A stretch of 32,000 nucleotides of DNA from Candidatus Fokinia solitaria (lineage in GTDB: Bacteria > Pseudomonadota > Alphaproteobacteria > Rickettsiales > Midichloriaceae): positions 450,001-482,000 of the forward strand of contig NZ_CP025989.1 in assembly GCF_003072485.1 (NCBI RefSeq), given 5' to 3'. Made by a program: the position numbers and the translations under genes. Positions 16,305 to 25,844 of the stretch are shown piece after piece (the stretch's first letter is position 1; each line of letters starts with the position of its first letter). The notes under the pieces were generated by a model that searched no databases, was not told the DNA's origin, and worked only from the letters and a program-made list of their open reading frames with translations.

Positions 16305-19300
16305 TCATTCTTTGCCTTTCACTCTATCTACTATTCGATTAACTCCTCTTAACACTATGTCACTACTGCCTCCATACGGGTCTACAATCTTATCAACAAT
16401 ACGTAATAATTGTTGCACGAATTCTGTTCCCATATGCCCTACTGCACATAACGCAATCCCCCCTTCTACAGCAGCAAGAGGCAAGAGAGTAGAAGAACCG
16501 ACTGGAGAATGAACAGTGAGTAAAGGCACCCATGAAGTTACAGGAATATGAAATACTAGTATTTTCAGTTGATACACAGCATCACATATTGTGAATGATA
16601 AAGCGGAAAGTATTATTGTCGTAATTACAACATCTATTAACGTAACTCCTGCAGATAGTACTACGTTGTACAAGGCGAAGCATATAAATTTCTTTCCGTA
16701 TTGATAAGCCATTGTTCTTGTAGATGAGAACAGCAAACAAATAGCGAAAAGCGGCATAGGCGCTGTAACAGCCGCAAGACCTATTACGAGATAAATGTAT
16801 GTCAGCATTGTAAAGCATACTAAAATCAAAGAGTACACAAGTCCTGCAACCATTACGCCAGCAAACATTAAGCCTGATAAACCAATGCCAGCTAACGACC
16901 ATACCTTTAACCAAGTATTCTGCGAAGTCAGTACATACCATGTCTCAAGCGTAACCTCGAATATGCCATTTAAAGAAGGAGTATATTGATACTTTCCATC
17001 AACAGATGAAATACTTGGAGTAACATAACTTGCTGCTATCACTCCACTACATATACTTGTTCTCGCTACTAACTCGCTTAACGTAGAATTTTTCGAGCCG
17101 GACGTTACAGTATTTTGCAATATGGTATTTGGCTGCACTAGAAGTACTACGATTATTAATCGCGCAATAACTGCCATTACCTCTGAGGTAGTAACTTTTG
17201 TAGTGCCTGCTAAAAAACCTATACCCGCGACCATTATAGCAATTATTATAATAATTGGAATATATCGAGAAATTACTGTGTTAGCGCCATTCATTATAAT
17301 CCAAACTGCACCAATATCAGTATTACTCGCACTTTCTTGCGCAGTAGATTCATTGCTTTGCGCGATAGAGCAAATATTACTACCAAACATTAATGTAAGT
17401 AATTTTTTAATGACCTTTTGTGGCCACGATATGTTTTGAGGCGCCGTACCATTGCTTAATGTAGCACTTCCACGATATCCTTGAGATATACCAATATTAT
17501 ACTGCCCTGTTGGAGGGTAAGTAATATATCCATTACTGTTTATTGTTGGCTTATATAGTTTAGGATCTAGTCTGAAATATATATTATAGTTGATATCTGC
17601 ATCTAGTGTGCCTTCTCCAATATTTTCTCCTCCAATACCAGATTCACCGATAGTAACCATACCATTTGAAATATTAGTTACTACAAAATTAGACTTTGCG
17701 CCACCAATAGAGATAGTATTGGACGTCGCGCTAGCAGCCGCACTGAGATCGTTCCACTGTAATGAATCTGTAGATATACTTGGATCTGCTATTGCTATCT
17801 GCAATCCTTGACCGTTCACTTGAGGATTACCACACCATTGAATGGTAGCTTGATATCCACCGGCAAAACCTAAATATCCAGTGGAGGAAGAAGAGTTATA
17901 ACATTGAGCTGCTTTAAAACTATGTGAAGCGGACTGCGGTGGAGCAGAAAAATCGTTTCCCTGCACATAAGTTGATGGCATTTGTATAGAAGGATTTGGC
18001 AAAGTAGTATTGATCTTACCGCTAAAGGTATATACTGGCAAACCTGGATCAAGTACATGTTTGCAGTGAAATACATCACCTTTCTCTTCCTTTCTATCTT
18101 GCGATTTCGTACCTGTTTGTATCTTATAACCTGTCTGCTGGACAGAACCATTCAATCCAAGTATTGTTTGCTCCGATTTCGTACAAAACTCAAATATTCC
18201 GCTACCTTTTGTTCTACAGTACTTATAACTACCACAGCTATCATTTGATTTTGAAGAAAACGACATCATTGTAAGAGGATTAGCTGTACCTTGAGATGAT
18301 ATTGTAAGTGCTGTCAGTTGTTGCAATAAACTTGATATAGATATACTAACAGATGGTGGTAATTTCTTACATGAAGATACCGCTGCATTGTATTGCAGCA
18401 GTACATTAGTGGTTGTAGAGGCATCTCCTATCATCACAGCATATACAAGATCTCTCAAATCTGTAATATTATTCTGTAGAGGCTCAGTATTACTCCCTGT
18501 TGTATTTAGCGTTCCAAGCGGCATTAATAATCCATTCTCATTATAGAGTATTCCAGTTACAAACACATCACCTCCCCAAGTGACGGAAAAATCATCTCCT
18601 GCTTGTAATGGTATAGCTTCTTCACTGATGCTTCTCGCAATTGGTACTGCGGGGCCATTTAATCTCCACTCTGGAAAACACCCTACTATAGGATTTATAA
18701 GATTTGCTATATTATCACTGTTAACTTCAGATACTATCGTATTTAATGTGTGACTTGTATTAGCTTGCGGATTATATATATCACTACCATATATGTAGCT
18801 TAGATCAACATTATACAAGTAAGTCACTACATTACTCGTACCCATAACACTGCTATTGGCAATAGTTGGCTGAGAGCTTATAAGACCAGCAAAACATGGA
18901 TGCATCATATTCTGTTGCACAGCACTTGAACTTATAGTATTTGAACTCGCAGTACTTGAAGTTACAGTACTTGAAGATGTGCCGCTACTAGATGACTGTC
19001 CTAAACATGATTGAAAACTATCAATATCCGGACACCATTCTCCCATTGCACTTGCATCACTCGAACTAGTGCCAAAATTAGTAACAGCATTAATAGCCTT
19101 TGCTGCAAAGCTAAAATTCAGAGCACGATTATATATATTATTATTAATAGCATTTGCAGCAGCATTTCCACCCGTTACCGCTTCCGGCGCTCTTTGAAAT
19201 AAATTCGACATTATCGGAAGTAATGTAACGTATAAATTGCCATTCGGACAAACGGTACTATTCTTTTCGAAAGTAATTTTCATCTCCATTTCGCTATATT

Positions 19301-19832
19301 TAGCGCCTTGAGGATAAGAAAACGTACTTGAAGCTTGTTGCGGAGGAGGAGTATAATCCGAAGACAATAAGACTGCATTAGGACATCCAGCAGCAGAAAT
19401 AGCATTACCATAGTAGTACTGCGACACTGTCTCACTTGTACCAGTACAATCGTATGTACTACTACTAGTACTTTTATTATATTGCGAAGCACATATCGTA
19501 CTGCTATCTGATACAATAATAGAATCTGCTATTTCCATTACTGGATTTCCTACGTAAGGTAATCCCTGCACACAATACGAATAGCATGCAGAAAAATTTT
19601 GCTGATCTATATCTTGATTAAAAATACTGCAATTGCTGTTGCAAGAATCTTGACATCCATGCGGAGTTACGACCATTACCTCCTGAGGTAATGCACGATT
19701 GTCGTATCCAAAAATGCATTTTGAATAAATCGATAACTCTTCTCCTATTGAATATCTAGGAAGTACTATACAGCCGATAAAAAACAACGCAAAAAAGCAC
19801 TTCCACTCAAGCAGGTATTTTATATATGACAA
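16305..19832 (-). CDS. TrbL/VirB6-family type IV secretion protein, large rickettsial-type
   Basis: 1175 aa: signal peptide, long Ser/Cys-rich extracytoplasmic region, C-terminal multi-TM block (YIPIIIIIAIMVAGIGFLAG..., LTYIYLVIGLAAVTAPMPLFAICLLFSSTRTMAYQYGKKFICFALYNVVLSAG). Confidence 0.82.
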   Translation of the reverse strand: MSYIKYLLEWKCFFALFFIGCIVLPRYSIGEELSIYSKCIFGYDNRALPQEVMVVTPHGCQDSCNSNCSIFNQDIDQQNFSACYSYCVQGLPYVGNPVMEIADSIIVSDSSTICASQYNKSTSSSTYDCTGTSETVSQYYYGNAISAAGCPNAVLLSSDYTPPPQQASSTFSYPQGAKYSEMEMKITFEKNSTVCPNGNLYVTLLPIMSNLFQRAPEAVTGGNAAANAINNNIYNRALNFSFAAKAINAVTNFGTSSSDASAMGEWCPDIDSFQSCLGQSSSSGTSSSTVTSSTASSNTISSSAVQQNMMHPCFAGLISSQPTIANSSVMGTSNVVTYLYNVDLSYIYGSDIYNPQANTSHTLNTIVSEVNSDNIANLINPIVGCFPEWRLNGPAVPIARSISEEAIPLQAGDDFSVTWGGDVFVTGILYNENGLLMPLGTLNTTGSNTEPLQNNITDLRDLVYAVMIGDASTTTNVLLQYNAAVSSCKKLPPSVSISISSLLQQLTALTISSQGTANPLTMMSFSSKSNDSCGSYKYCRTKGSGIFEFCTKSEQTILGLNGSVQQTGYKIQTGTKSQDRKEEKGDVFHCKHVLDPGLPVYTFSGKINTTLPNPSIQMPSTYVQGNDFSAPPQSASHSFKAAQCYNSSSSTGYLGFAGGYQATIQWCGNPQVNGQGLQIAIADPSISTDSLQWNDLSAAASATSNTISIGGAKSNFVVTNISNGMVTIGESGIGGENIGEGTLDADINYNIYFRLDPKLYKPTINSNGYITYPPTGQYNIGISQGYRGSATLSNGTAPQNISWPQKVIKKLLTLMFGSNICSIAQSNESTAQESASNTDIGAVWIIMNGANTVISRYIPIIIIIAIMVAGIGFLAGTTKVTTSEVMAVIARLIIVVLLVQPNTILQNTVTSGSKNSTLSELVARTSICSGVIAASYVTPSISSVDGKYQYTPSLNGIFEVTLETWYVLTSQNTWLKVWSLAGIGLSGLMFAGVMVAGLVYSLILVCFTMLTYIYLVIGLAAVTAPMPLFAICLLFSSTRTMAYQYGKKFICFALYNVVLSAGVTLIDVVITTIILSALSFTICDAVYQLKILVFHIPVTSWVPLLTVHSPVGSSTLLPLAAVEGGIALCAVGHMGTEFVQQLLRIVDKIVDPYGGSSDIVLRGVNRIVDRVKGKE

Positions 19833-19938
19833 GAGCTTGAAAAATCACCGCTGATGTACTAGATTGTAGCCACACTTTGTGCAATGCGCAATATCACTAT
19901 CGGTATTGTCTGCACGTTAACAGATTATTGTATAGAGG

Positions 19939-20544
19939 ATGTACGAGAGTTCTTATTATACAGATGAGCAGTATCGCAAGCCCTGCATACTGGTAGGTCA
20001 AAAACGCGAAACTACGGGAACTTCTGATGCAAAGAAGCTACGCAATGAAGGCGCAATTCCCGTAGCTGTATATACAAGAGAAGCAAGCGCTTTGTTATTT
20101 TCCGTTTCGCAAAAAGAATTGGAATTAGCAGTAAGTAAGAGATTATTGGATTCGAGAATTTTGTACATCAAGGTAGACGGATCTGAGCAAGTTGTAAAAT
20201 CCGTTATAAAATGTGTCCATAGAAATCCGATTACAGAACGCATCATCTCTTTGGAGATGCAGAAATTCTCTGATGGTGAAAGAATTCGAATGCCGCTAAA
20301 TGTAAAAGTCATAGATCATTTGCTTTCACCAGGAGTAAAAAAAGGAGGTTTTCCATACTTGCATCATAGAACTGTAGATTGCTATTGCGATTCTGCAAAT
20401 ATTCCTAATTACGTTCAGCTAAGCGTAACAGGTATGGAAGTAGGAGATGTAAAATATTCATCTGATATAGTATTACCAGATGGAATAACGCTTTCTACTT
20501 TCAATAATTTGCGCGTTCTCACTGTATACGGTAAAAAAGGATAA
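19939..20544 (+). CDS. rplY: 50S ribosomal protein L25 (Ctc-type)
   Basis: KRETTGTSDAKKLRNEGAIPVAVYTR, VKSVIKCVHRNPITERIISLEMQKFSDGERIRMPLNVKVI, KKGGFPYLHHRTVDCYCDSANIPNYVQLSVTGMEVGD. Confidence 0.9.
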   Translation: MYESSYYTDEQYRKPCILVGQKRETTGTSDAKKLRNEGAIPVAVYTREASALLFSVSQKELELAVSKRLLDSRILYIKVDGSEQVVKSVIKCVHRNPITERIISLEMQKFSDGERIRMPLNVKVIDHLLSPGVKKGGFPYLHHRTVDCYCDSANIPNYVQLSVTGMEVGDVKYSSDIVLPDGITLSTFNNLRVLTVYGKKG

Positions 20545-20548
20545 TGCC

Positions 20549-21550
20549 ATGGCCAAAGAACTCTTAAAAGAGCTTTTCACAAAGGGATGCTTTTTGTTCT
20601 TGGATAAAGCACAAGGGTTCTCGTCACATAATGCTTTGTACTCCTTGCGGAGACTTGTAGAAGATCTGTGTCTACCAATAAAATTAAAAGTTGGACACGG
20701 CGGTACACTGGATCCTCTCGCCTCTGGCATACTACTTGTTGCAATAGGAAAAGCCACAAAACTTCTAGAATATTGTCCTTCTTTTAGAAAGTCATACGAT
20801 TGCATTGTGGAGTGGCAAAAAGAAACAGATACAGATGATGCCATGGGAAAAGTAGTAAAATCATGCGAACAAGTTCCAACTGAAGAAGAGATAGTGAGGA
20901 TTTTACCATCTTTTAAGGGTACTGTCTCTCAAGTCCCTCCTGATTTCTCGGCAATCAAGGTAGATGGAGTAAGGTTATATCAAAAAGCTAGAAATGGTCA
21001 AAAAATCACAAAAAAACCGAGACTTGTACAGTGTTACGATATAAAATTGGAGAAAATTATCGCACAGACAAAAGCGAGGTTTAAAATAGAGTGTGGAAGT
21101 GGATATTATGTACGGTCTTTTGCAAAAGAAATAGCAAGAAAGCTCAATACTTATGGAAATGTGCATGCTTTACGCAGAACAGATATCGGTACATTTACCA
21201 TCTCAGATACTTTATCTCAAAAGTTCATTTACACGCTATGGCGAGGGATAAAAGACGCTACTTTAGATAAAGAACTTACAGAATACGGCTTACACCTGCT
21301 ATGTAAAAGTCTCATACCTGTAAGTACATTATTTAATCACTTCTCTCACTACGTATATGATGGCGATTACGATACTTCCTTTCCACTTGATTACACTAAG
21401 TTACGTATAACACATCAGCCTCCATCGACTATATCACCACTTATCGGCGATTATTCAGAAAAAGCCGTTTTATTCTCAAAGCAAAATGAATTGATTGCCG
21501 TCTTAAATATAGTTGATGATAATCTTAAGGTAGAAAAGCTACTCTTCTAA
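20549..21550 (+). CDS. truB: tRNA pseudouridine(55) synthase
   Basis: LFLDKAQGFSSHNAL...KVGHGGTLDPLASGILLVAIGKATKLLEY...PPDFSAIKVDGVRLYQKARNG...CGSGYYVRSFAKEIARKL. Confidence 0.95.
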   Translation: MAKELLKELFTKGCFLFLDKAQGFSSHNALYSLRRLVEDLCLPIKLKVGHGGTLDPLASGILLVAIGKATKLLEYCPSFRKSYDCIVEWQKETDTDDAMGKVVKSCEQVPTEEEIVRILPSFKGTVSQVPPDFSAIKVDGVRLYQKARNGQKITKKPRLVQCYDIKLEKIIAQTKARFKIECGSGYYVRSFAKEIARKLNTYGNVHALRRTDIGTFTISDTLSQKFIYTLWRGIKDATLDKELTEYGLHLLCKSLIPVSTLFNHFSHYVYDGDYDTSFPLDYTKLRITHQPPSTISPLIGDYSEKAVLFSKQNELIAVLNIVDDNLKVEKLLF

Positions 21551-21639
21551 TTCGAAGATTTTCGTTATTTTATCTTCTCATCACACATCTTTGCAGCTAG
21601 ACTGCAGAATGCATAATTTAGTGCTAATAGATTATTTCT

Positions 21640-23529
21640 TTGAATAGAAAAATTAGAATACTCTCACCGCAATCTATTAGTAAGATTGCTGCAGGTGAAG
21701 TAATAGAGAATTCGCTATCAGTGATAAAAGAGCTTGTAGAGAATTCTATAGATTCCAAAGCAACTGAGATCGTTGTCACAGTTAAAGATGCAGGAAAGTC
21801 TTTTATATCAGTTTCCGATAACGGATGTGGTATTGAAAAAGATGAATTGCATATGGCCTTTATAAGGCATGCCACTTCAAAATTACAAGATGATAGTATT
21901 TATGATATACAATATCTTGGATTCAGAGGAGAAGCTTTAGCCTCCATACTTGCAGTATCTGATATTACAATCATAACAAAAACTGAAGAGGAAGATCATG
22001 CGTGGGAGTTATCTCTTTCTTCATTATCAGACGAGAAGAATGCACTACTCAACGACAACACGATCACAACAGAAATACAGGAAAAAATATCAAATCTCAT
22101 TACTCCTAAAAACAGAGCAAAAGGTACTACAATTGAAGTAAAAGGACTGTTCGCTCCTACACCGAATAAATTGCGATTTCTAAAAAATAATAATGCTGAA
22201 TTGCATAGCATATTGCAGTTTATGCACTCTATTGCTCTCGCATACCAAAATTGCAACTTTAAACTGTTTTCTGAATCAAAATTACTATTCGATACTACAA
22301 GAGATCAATTCGATGATGACATTTTGAAGCAAAGGATAATCGATATATTTGGCAACGAATTCACAAATAATATCGCTAAAGTTTCGTATACAGGATTTTC
22401 AAGAGAGATAAAAATAAACGGATATGTAACAATTCCTACTTATACTCCTTCAATAAGAAAGCAAAAATCCATTATCTTCGTAAATGGAAGACTCATTCAC
22501 GATTATAGTATAATCTGCTTTATCAAAGCAGCTTACAGCGGATTAATTGCGAATAACCTCAAGCCACTCGCGATACTTTTCATTGAAATTCCGCTACAAG
22601 ACGTAGATGTTAATATACATCCTCATAAGACGGAGGTAAAATTCAGCGATATAACTTCCATAAAAAATGCCGTAGTAAATGCGGTACGTGAAGCGTTATC
22701 TTCTCCGTACATCGCTCAATCTCTGACAGAAAATCAGCTATATTCAGGTTTTGATACATCTTATAACTTAAGTAATGAATACGAAGCGCGTGATAGCTAT
22801 AAACATAGCAATCAAGATAAACATGAAAGTACATTGCTACCTCTTTCAGCGCGGTATCCAATTGAAGATTTCACAGCAATGAACAAAGCAATCGAGGAGA
22901 GGATTACAGAGTCACAACTAGATGATAAACTATATTACTTTGGCAATCCTATATGTCAGATATCAAACTTGTTTATAATTTCTTATAACTCAAATACCGA
23001 TGATTTATTTGTAATAGAACAACATGCAGCACATGAAAGAGTAATGCTGGAAAAAATGAAAGATGCACTCCTTCACAAAAAAAAATTGAAGATGCAAAAT
23101 TTACTCTTACCTATTTCTACTGAGATATCAGGTACAGAAGCTATGATCATACTTGAACAGCACGATACATTGCTAAAATACGGCATCAAAATAAAGATGA
23201 TGCAAGATAAAATACACATTGTAGGTATACCGATTATATTACAGATTCTACCAAGCGTATCTCCACATGAAAAAGTGATTCAAATTCTAAATCATGTAAT
23301 ACAAAACTCAGCACTAGTAAAAGAAATTAGCGAAACTGCCATTATAGAGATATACAATGAAGTTGCTTGCCATAGCAGCATCTTAAAAGGTAAAAGCTTA
23401 TCCAAAGAAGAGATGTGTATACTATTACGAGAGATGGAAAGATACAATTTCACCGCACAATGTAATCATGGACGTCCAACATACATAAAGATAACACATG
23501 ACTTTTTATTAAAGATATTTCAAAGATGA
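21640..23529 (+). CDS. mutL: DNA mismatch repair protein MutL
   Basis: IRILSPQSISKIAAGEVIENSLSVIKELVENSIDSKAT, DNGCGIEKDEL, GFRGEALASI, FVNGRLI, C-terminal EQHAAHERVMLE and HGRPT. TTG start. Confidence 0.97.
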   Translation: MNRKIRILSPQSISKIAAGEVIENSLSVIKELVENSIDSKATEIVVTVKDAGKSFISVSDNGCGIEKDELHMAFIRHATSKLQDDSIYDIQYLGFRGEALASILAVSDITIITKTEEEDHAWELSLSSLSDEKNALLNDNTITTEIQEKISNLITPKNRAKGTTIEVKGLFAPTPNKLRFLKNNNAELHSILQFMHSIALAYQNCNFKLFSESKLLFDTTRDQFDDDILKQRIIDIFGNEFTNNIAKVSYTGFSREIKINGYVTIPTYTPSIRKQKSIIFVNGRLIHDYSIICFIKAAYSGLIANNLKPLAILFIEIPLQDVDVNIHPHKTEVKFSDITSIKNAVVNAVREALSSPYIAQSLTENQLYSGFDTSYNLSNEYEARDSYKHSNQDKHESTLLPLSARYPIEDFTAMNKAIEERITESQLDDKLYYFGNPICQISNLFIISYNSNTDDLFVIEQHAAHERVMLEKMKDALLHKKKLKMQNLLLPISTEISGTEAMIILEQHDTLLKYGIKIKMMQDKIHIVGIPIILQILPSVSPHEKVIQILNHVIQNSALVKEISETAIIEIYNEVACHSSILKGKSLSKEEMCILLREMERYNFTAQCNHGRPTYIKITHDFLLKIFQR

Positions 23530-23584
23530 TAACTCTATGCTTATTGAACAAAAAAGCATTTCTTAGTATCATTCGGTAGTAGTT

Positions 23585-24370
23585 TTGGCTTTGCTGCTTT
23601 CAATGAACAGAATTTTCACACTATTCGCATTACTGATAGGTGTTCCCTTCTTTATATCTGGTTGTGGCAATCATGATGACGATACAATATCAGTTGCAGT
23701 ATCATCTCACTTACCTCCTTTTACTTTCATAGAATACGGACAGCTGAGAGGATTCGAAATAGATTTAATTACAGTCGCAGCAAGAAAGATGGGCAAGAGT
23801 GTAGCAGTAAAAGACGTTGGCACTTTTGATAATATGTTTTCTTTCGTAAAATCTGGAAAGGCTGATGTCGCAGTCGGTGCAATTACTATTGAAGATGCAC
23901 AAGCAAATTCTACCTTCCACTCAATCTCTTATATGTCAGGACAACTAGGAGTAGTGTTGAAAAAAGGAGTCTCGCTAGACAATATCAACTCTTTTATCGG
24001 AAGAAATATATCTACGCAAGAAGGTGTGATATATGAAAAATGGGCTAAAGAAAATTTCCGCGACTCAATTATTACAAAAAGAGGTAATCTCAGAATCTCT
24101 GCTGAAGAATTAGAAGAAGAAAAAATTCAGATGATTGTCACTAACTTACATACCGCTTGCAGAATCTCAAGACGTAGTTATTGGCTATATTGTGAGAGTA
24201 TACCAAATACTACGCATGAATACGTAATAATCACAAAAAATGATGATAAATTCATAAAAGAATTAAACGCAACTCTTCATAAAATGCAGGAAGATGGAGA
24301 AATGGAGACGATAATTAAAAGATGGAGGATGGATGCAGAACACCAGTGCGTAAATAGCAACGTCAATTAA
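23585..24370 (+). CDS. Amino-acid ABC transporter substrate-binding lipoprotein (solute-binding family 3)
   Basis: Lipobox FFISGC; PPFTFIEYGQLRGFEIDLITVAARKMGKSVAVKDVGTFDNMFSFVKSGKADVAVGAITI; IGRNISTQEGVIYEKWAKENF. Confidence 0.85.
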   Translation: MALLLSMNRIFTLFALLIGVPFFISGCGNHDDDTISVAVSSHLPPFTFIEYGQLRGFEIDLITVAARKMGKSVAVKDVGTFDNMFSFVKSGKADVAVGAITIEDAQANSTFHSISYMSGQLGVVLKKGVSLDNINSFIGRNISTQEGVIYEKWAKENFRDSIITKRGNLRISAEELEEEKIQMIVTNLHTACRISRRSYWLYCESIPNTTHEYVIITKNDDKFIKELNATLHKMQEDGEMETIIKRWRMDAEHQCVNSNVN

Positions 24371-24466
24371 TTCACTTACATCGAATAGAGTATCTCACTA
24401 AAAATGAGGCGCACTATGGCTTTTTGAATGAAAATTGTGTAAGGTATCCTTCAAGTTTAGATCTTC

Positions 24467-25009
24467 TTGTTGTGCACTTTTATGTTCCTCTCCTTTTTTG
24501 CACGCATTTTGCCTGTATTAAGCATTATTTTGATAGGCTGCTCGAATGAAGGTGCAGTAGACATGTATCAAAACTCTTATGAAGGTGGAGTAGCAATACC
24601 AGGTAAAGTGATATCTGTAAGAAAGGTTATGATAGGAAATAAAAAACAAAATAGCACCAACAATACTATCGCAGGAAGTGCAGTAGGAGGCCTTGCTGGC
24701 GTAGGACTTGGACATAGTCCGGAAAGCGCATTATTAGGCGCTGTAATGGGAGGCGCTATCGGATATGCAGCTTCAGAAGCAGCAAGTGGTAATTATGATG
24801 GAAGCGAATACGTAGTAAAAATTGATACATCAGCTTTAAATCAAGAAGCAGTTACAATGGGAGGAAGCGCATTTCTTAGCACTGTTAATGCTATAAAATC
24901 AACAGGCTTAGTAGTGGTAGCGCAAAAAGATCGTCCAATCGCAGTAGGACGAAAGGTGTACGTTCTCATTGCAGGTAGTGGTAGTATGCGTGTGATTCCA
25001 GCAGAATAA
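24467..25009 (+). CDS. Glycine-zipper outer-membrane lipoprotein (17 kDa antigen/SlyB-like)
   Basis: Lipobox ILIGCS; glycine zipper AGSAVGGLAGVGLGHSPESALLGAVMGGAIGYAASEAASG. Confidence 0.75.
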   Translation: MLCTFMFLSFFARILPVLSIILIGCSNEGAVDMYQNSYEGGVAIPGKVISVRKVMIGNKKQNSTNNTIAGSAVGGLAGVGLGHSPESALLGAVMGGAIGYAASEAASGNYDGSEYVVKIDTSALNQEAVTMGGSAFLSTVNAIKSTGLVVVAQKDRPIAVGRKVYVLIAGSGSMRVIPAE

Positions 25010-25080
25010 TAGAAAGAACACTTAGCGTGATTAGCTTTAATATACTTTTGCCATAAACTGCCTACTGCAAAAAACGACTT

Positions 25081-25383
25081 GTGTATCATAATCAGTTTAT
25101 GATCACTGAGGTCGTGATTTTGCGGTACATGACAAATCAGCAACGCAATGCACTAACGGCACTACTGCAATCTTTTGTTATACTATTAGCATTTACCTTT
25201 CTCTTTCATGTCATAAAACATTTCTTTGAAGATAAGGAAAAATATAGTAAAGCAGTTTCCTTATTCAAGAAATGTGAAAACAAGATATCGACACTGACTT
25301 TTCTTCTATCTGTACTTTCAAAGGTATATAAGAAGAAACAAGTTGTATGTGCTCATAAATATTCTCTATTAAATAAATATTAA
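25081..25383 (+). CDS. Hypothetical small membrane protein
   Basis: 100-aa ORF with one hydrophobic segment (ALLQSFVILLAFTFLFHVI). Confidence 0.35.
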   Translation: MYHNQFMITEVVILRYMTNQQRNALTALLQSFVILLAFTFLFHVIKHFFEDKEKYSKAVSLFKKCENKISTLTFLLSVLSKVYKKKQVVCAHKYSLLNKY

Positions 25384-25844
25384 TATCAAAATTTAACCTT
25401 ATAATATCAGCTCTTCTTTCCTTTCATAAAGCTATACTATAAGCAGTCATTTCTCGCTTTCTACTTTGAAATAAAGCGCAAACTAGACTTTATATCGCAT
25501 TTAGTATAATTGAGTTCTTCCACGCGATATTCCATAGGAAAAGAAGCACAATCCTACCTTGCCGATAATAATTTGATTCGAGAATGTTTTTTTAGTGCAA
25601 TACCTTCACCATTTCTGCATATCAGAAATTCGTAATAAATACACACTTCACTATTTTTTTTGCATCTCAAGGATTCTACTAATAATAAGCACAATGCCTT
25701 TGATCTTTCGATAAATCTCATTAAACTCCATTATCGAATCAGTGCGGCTAGACTGCCATTTATCTCCGCAGTATCAGATCTTATCATAAGAAACGAAGAA
25801 AATATTACCCTCTTCACTGTTTTATTGAGCATTAGCAACAATAT

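Noticed and set aside
18930-18995. Short gtacttgaa-type repeats in the VirB6-like gene as a minisatellite
   Set aside because: Degenerate Ser/Thr-rich linker coding; too short and irregular to call a repeat array.
16312-19516. Many short opposite-strand or alternate-frame ORFs (e.g. 16312-16512, 16795-16989, 17122-17439, 17590-17811, 17870-18151)
   Set aside because: All lie inside the long VirB6-like CDS and show no recognisable domains; typical shadow ORFs.
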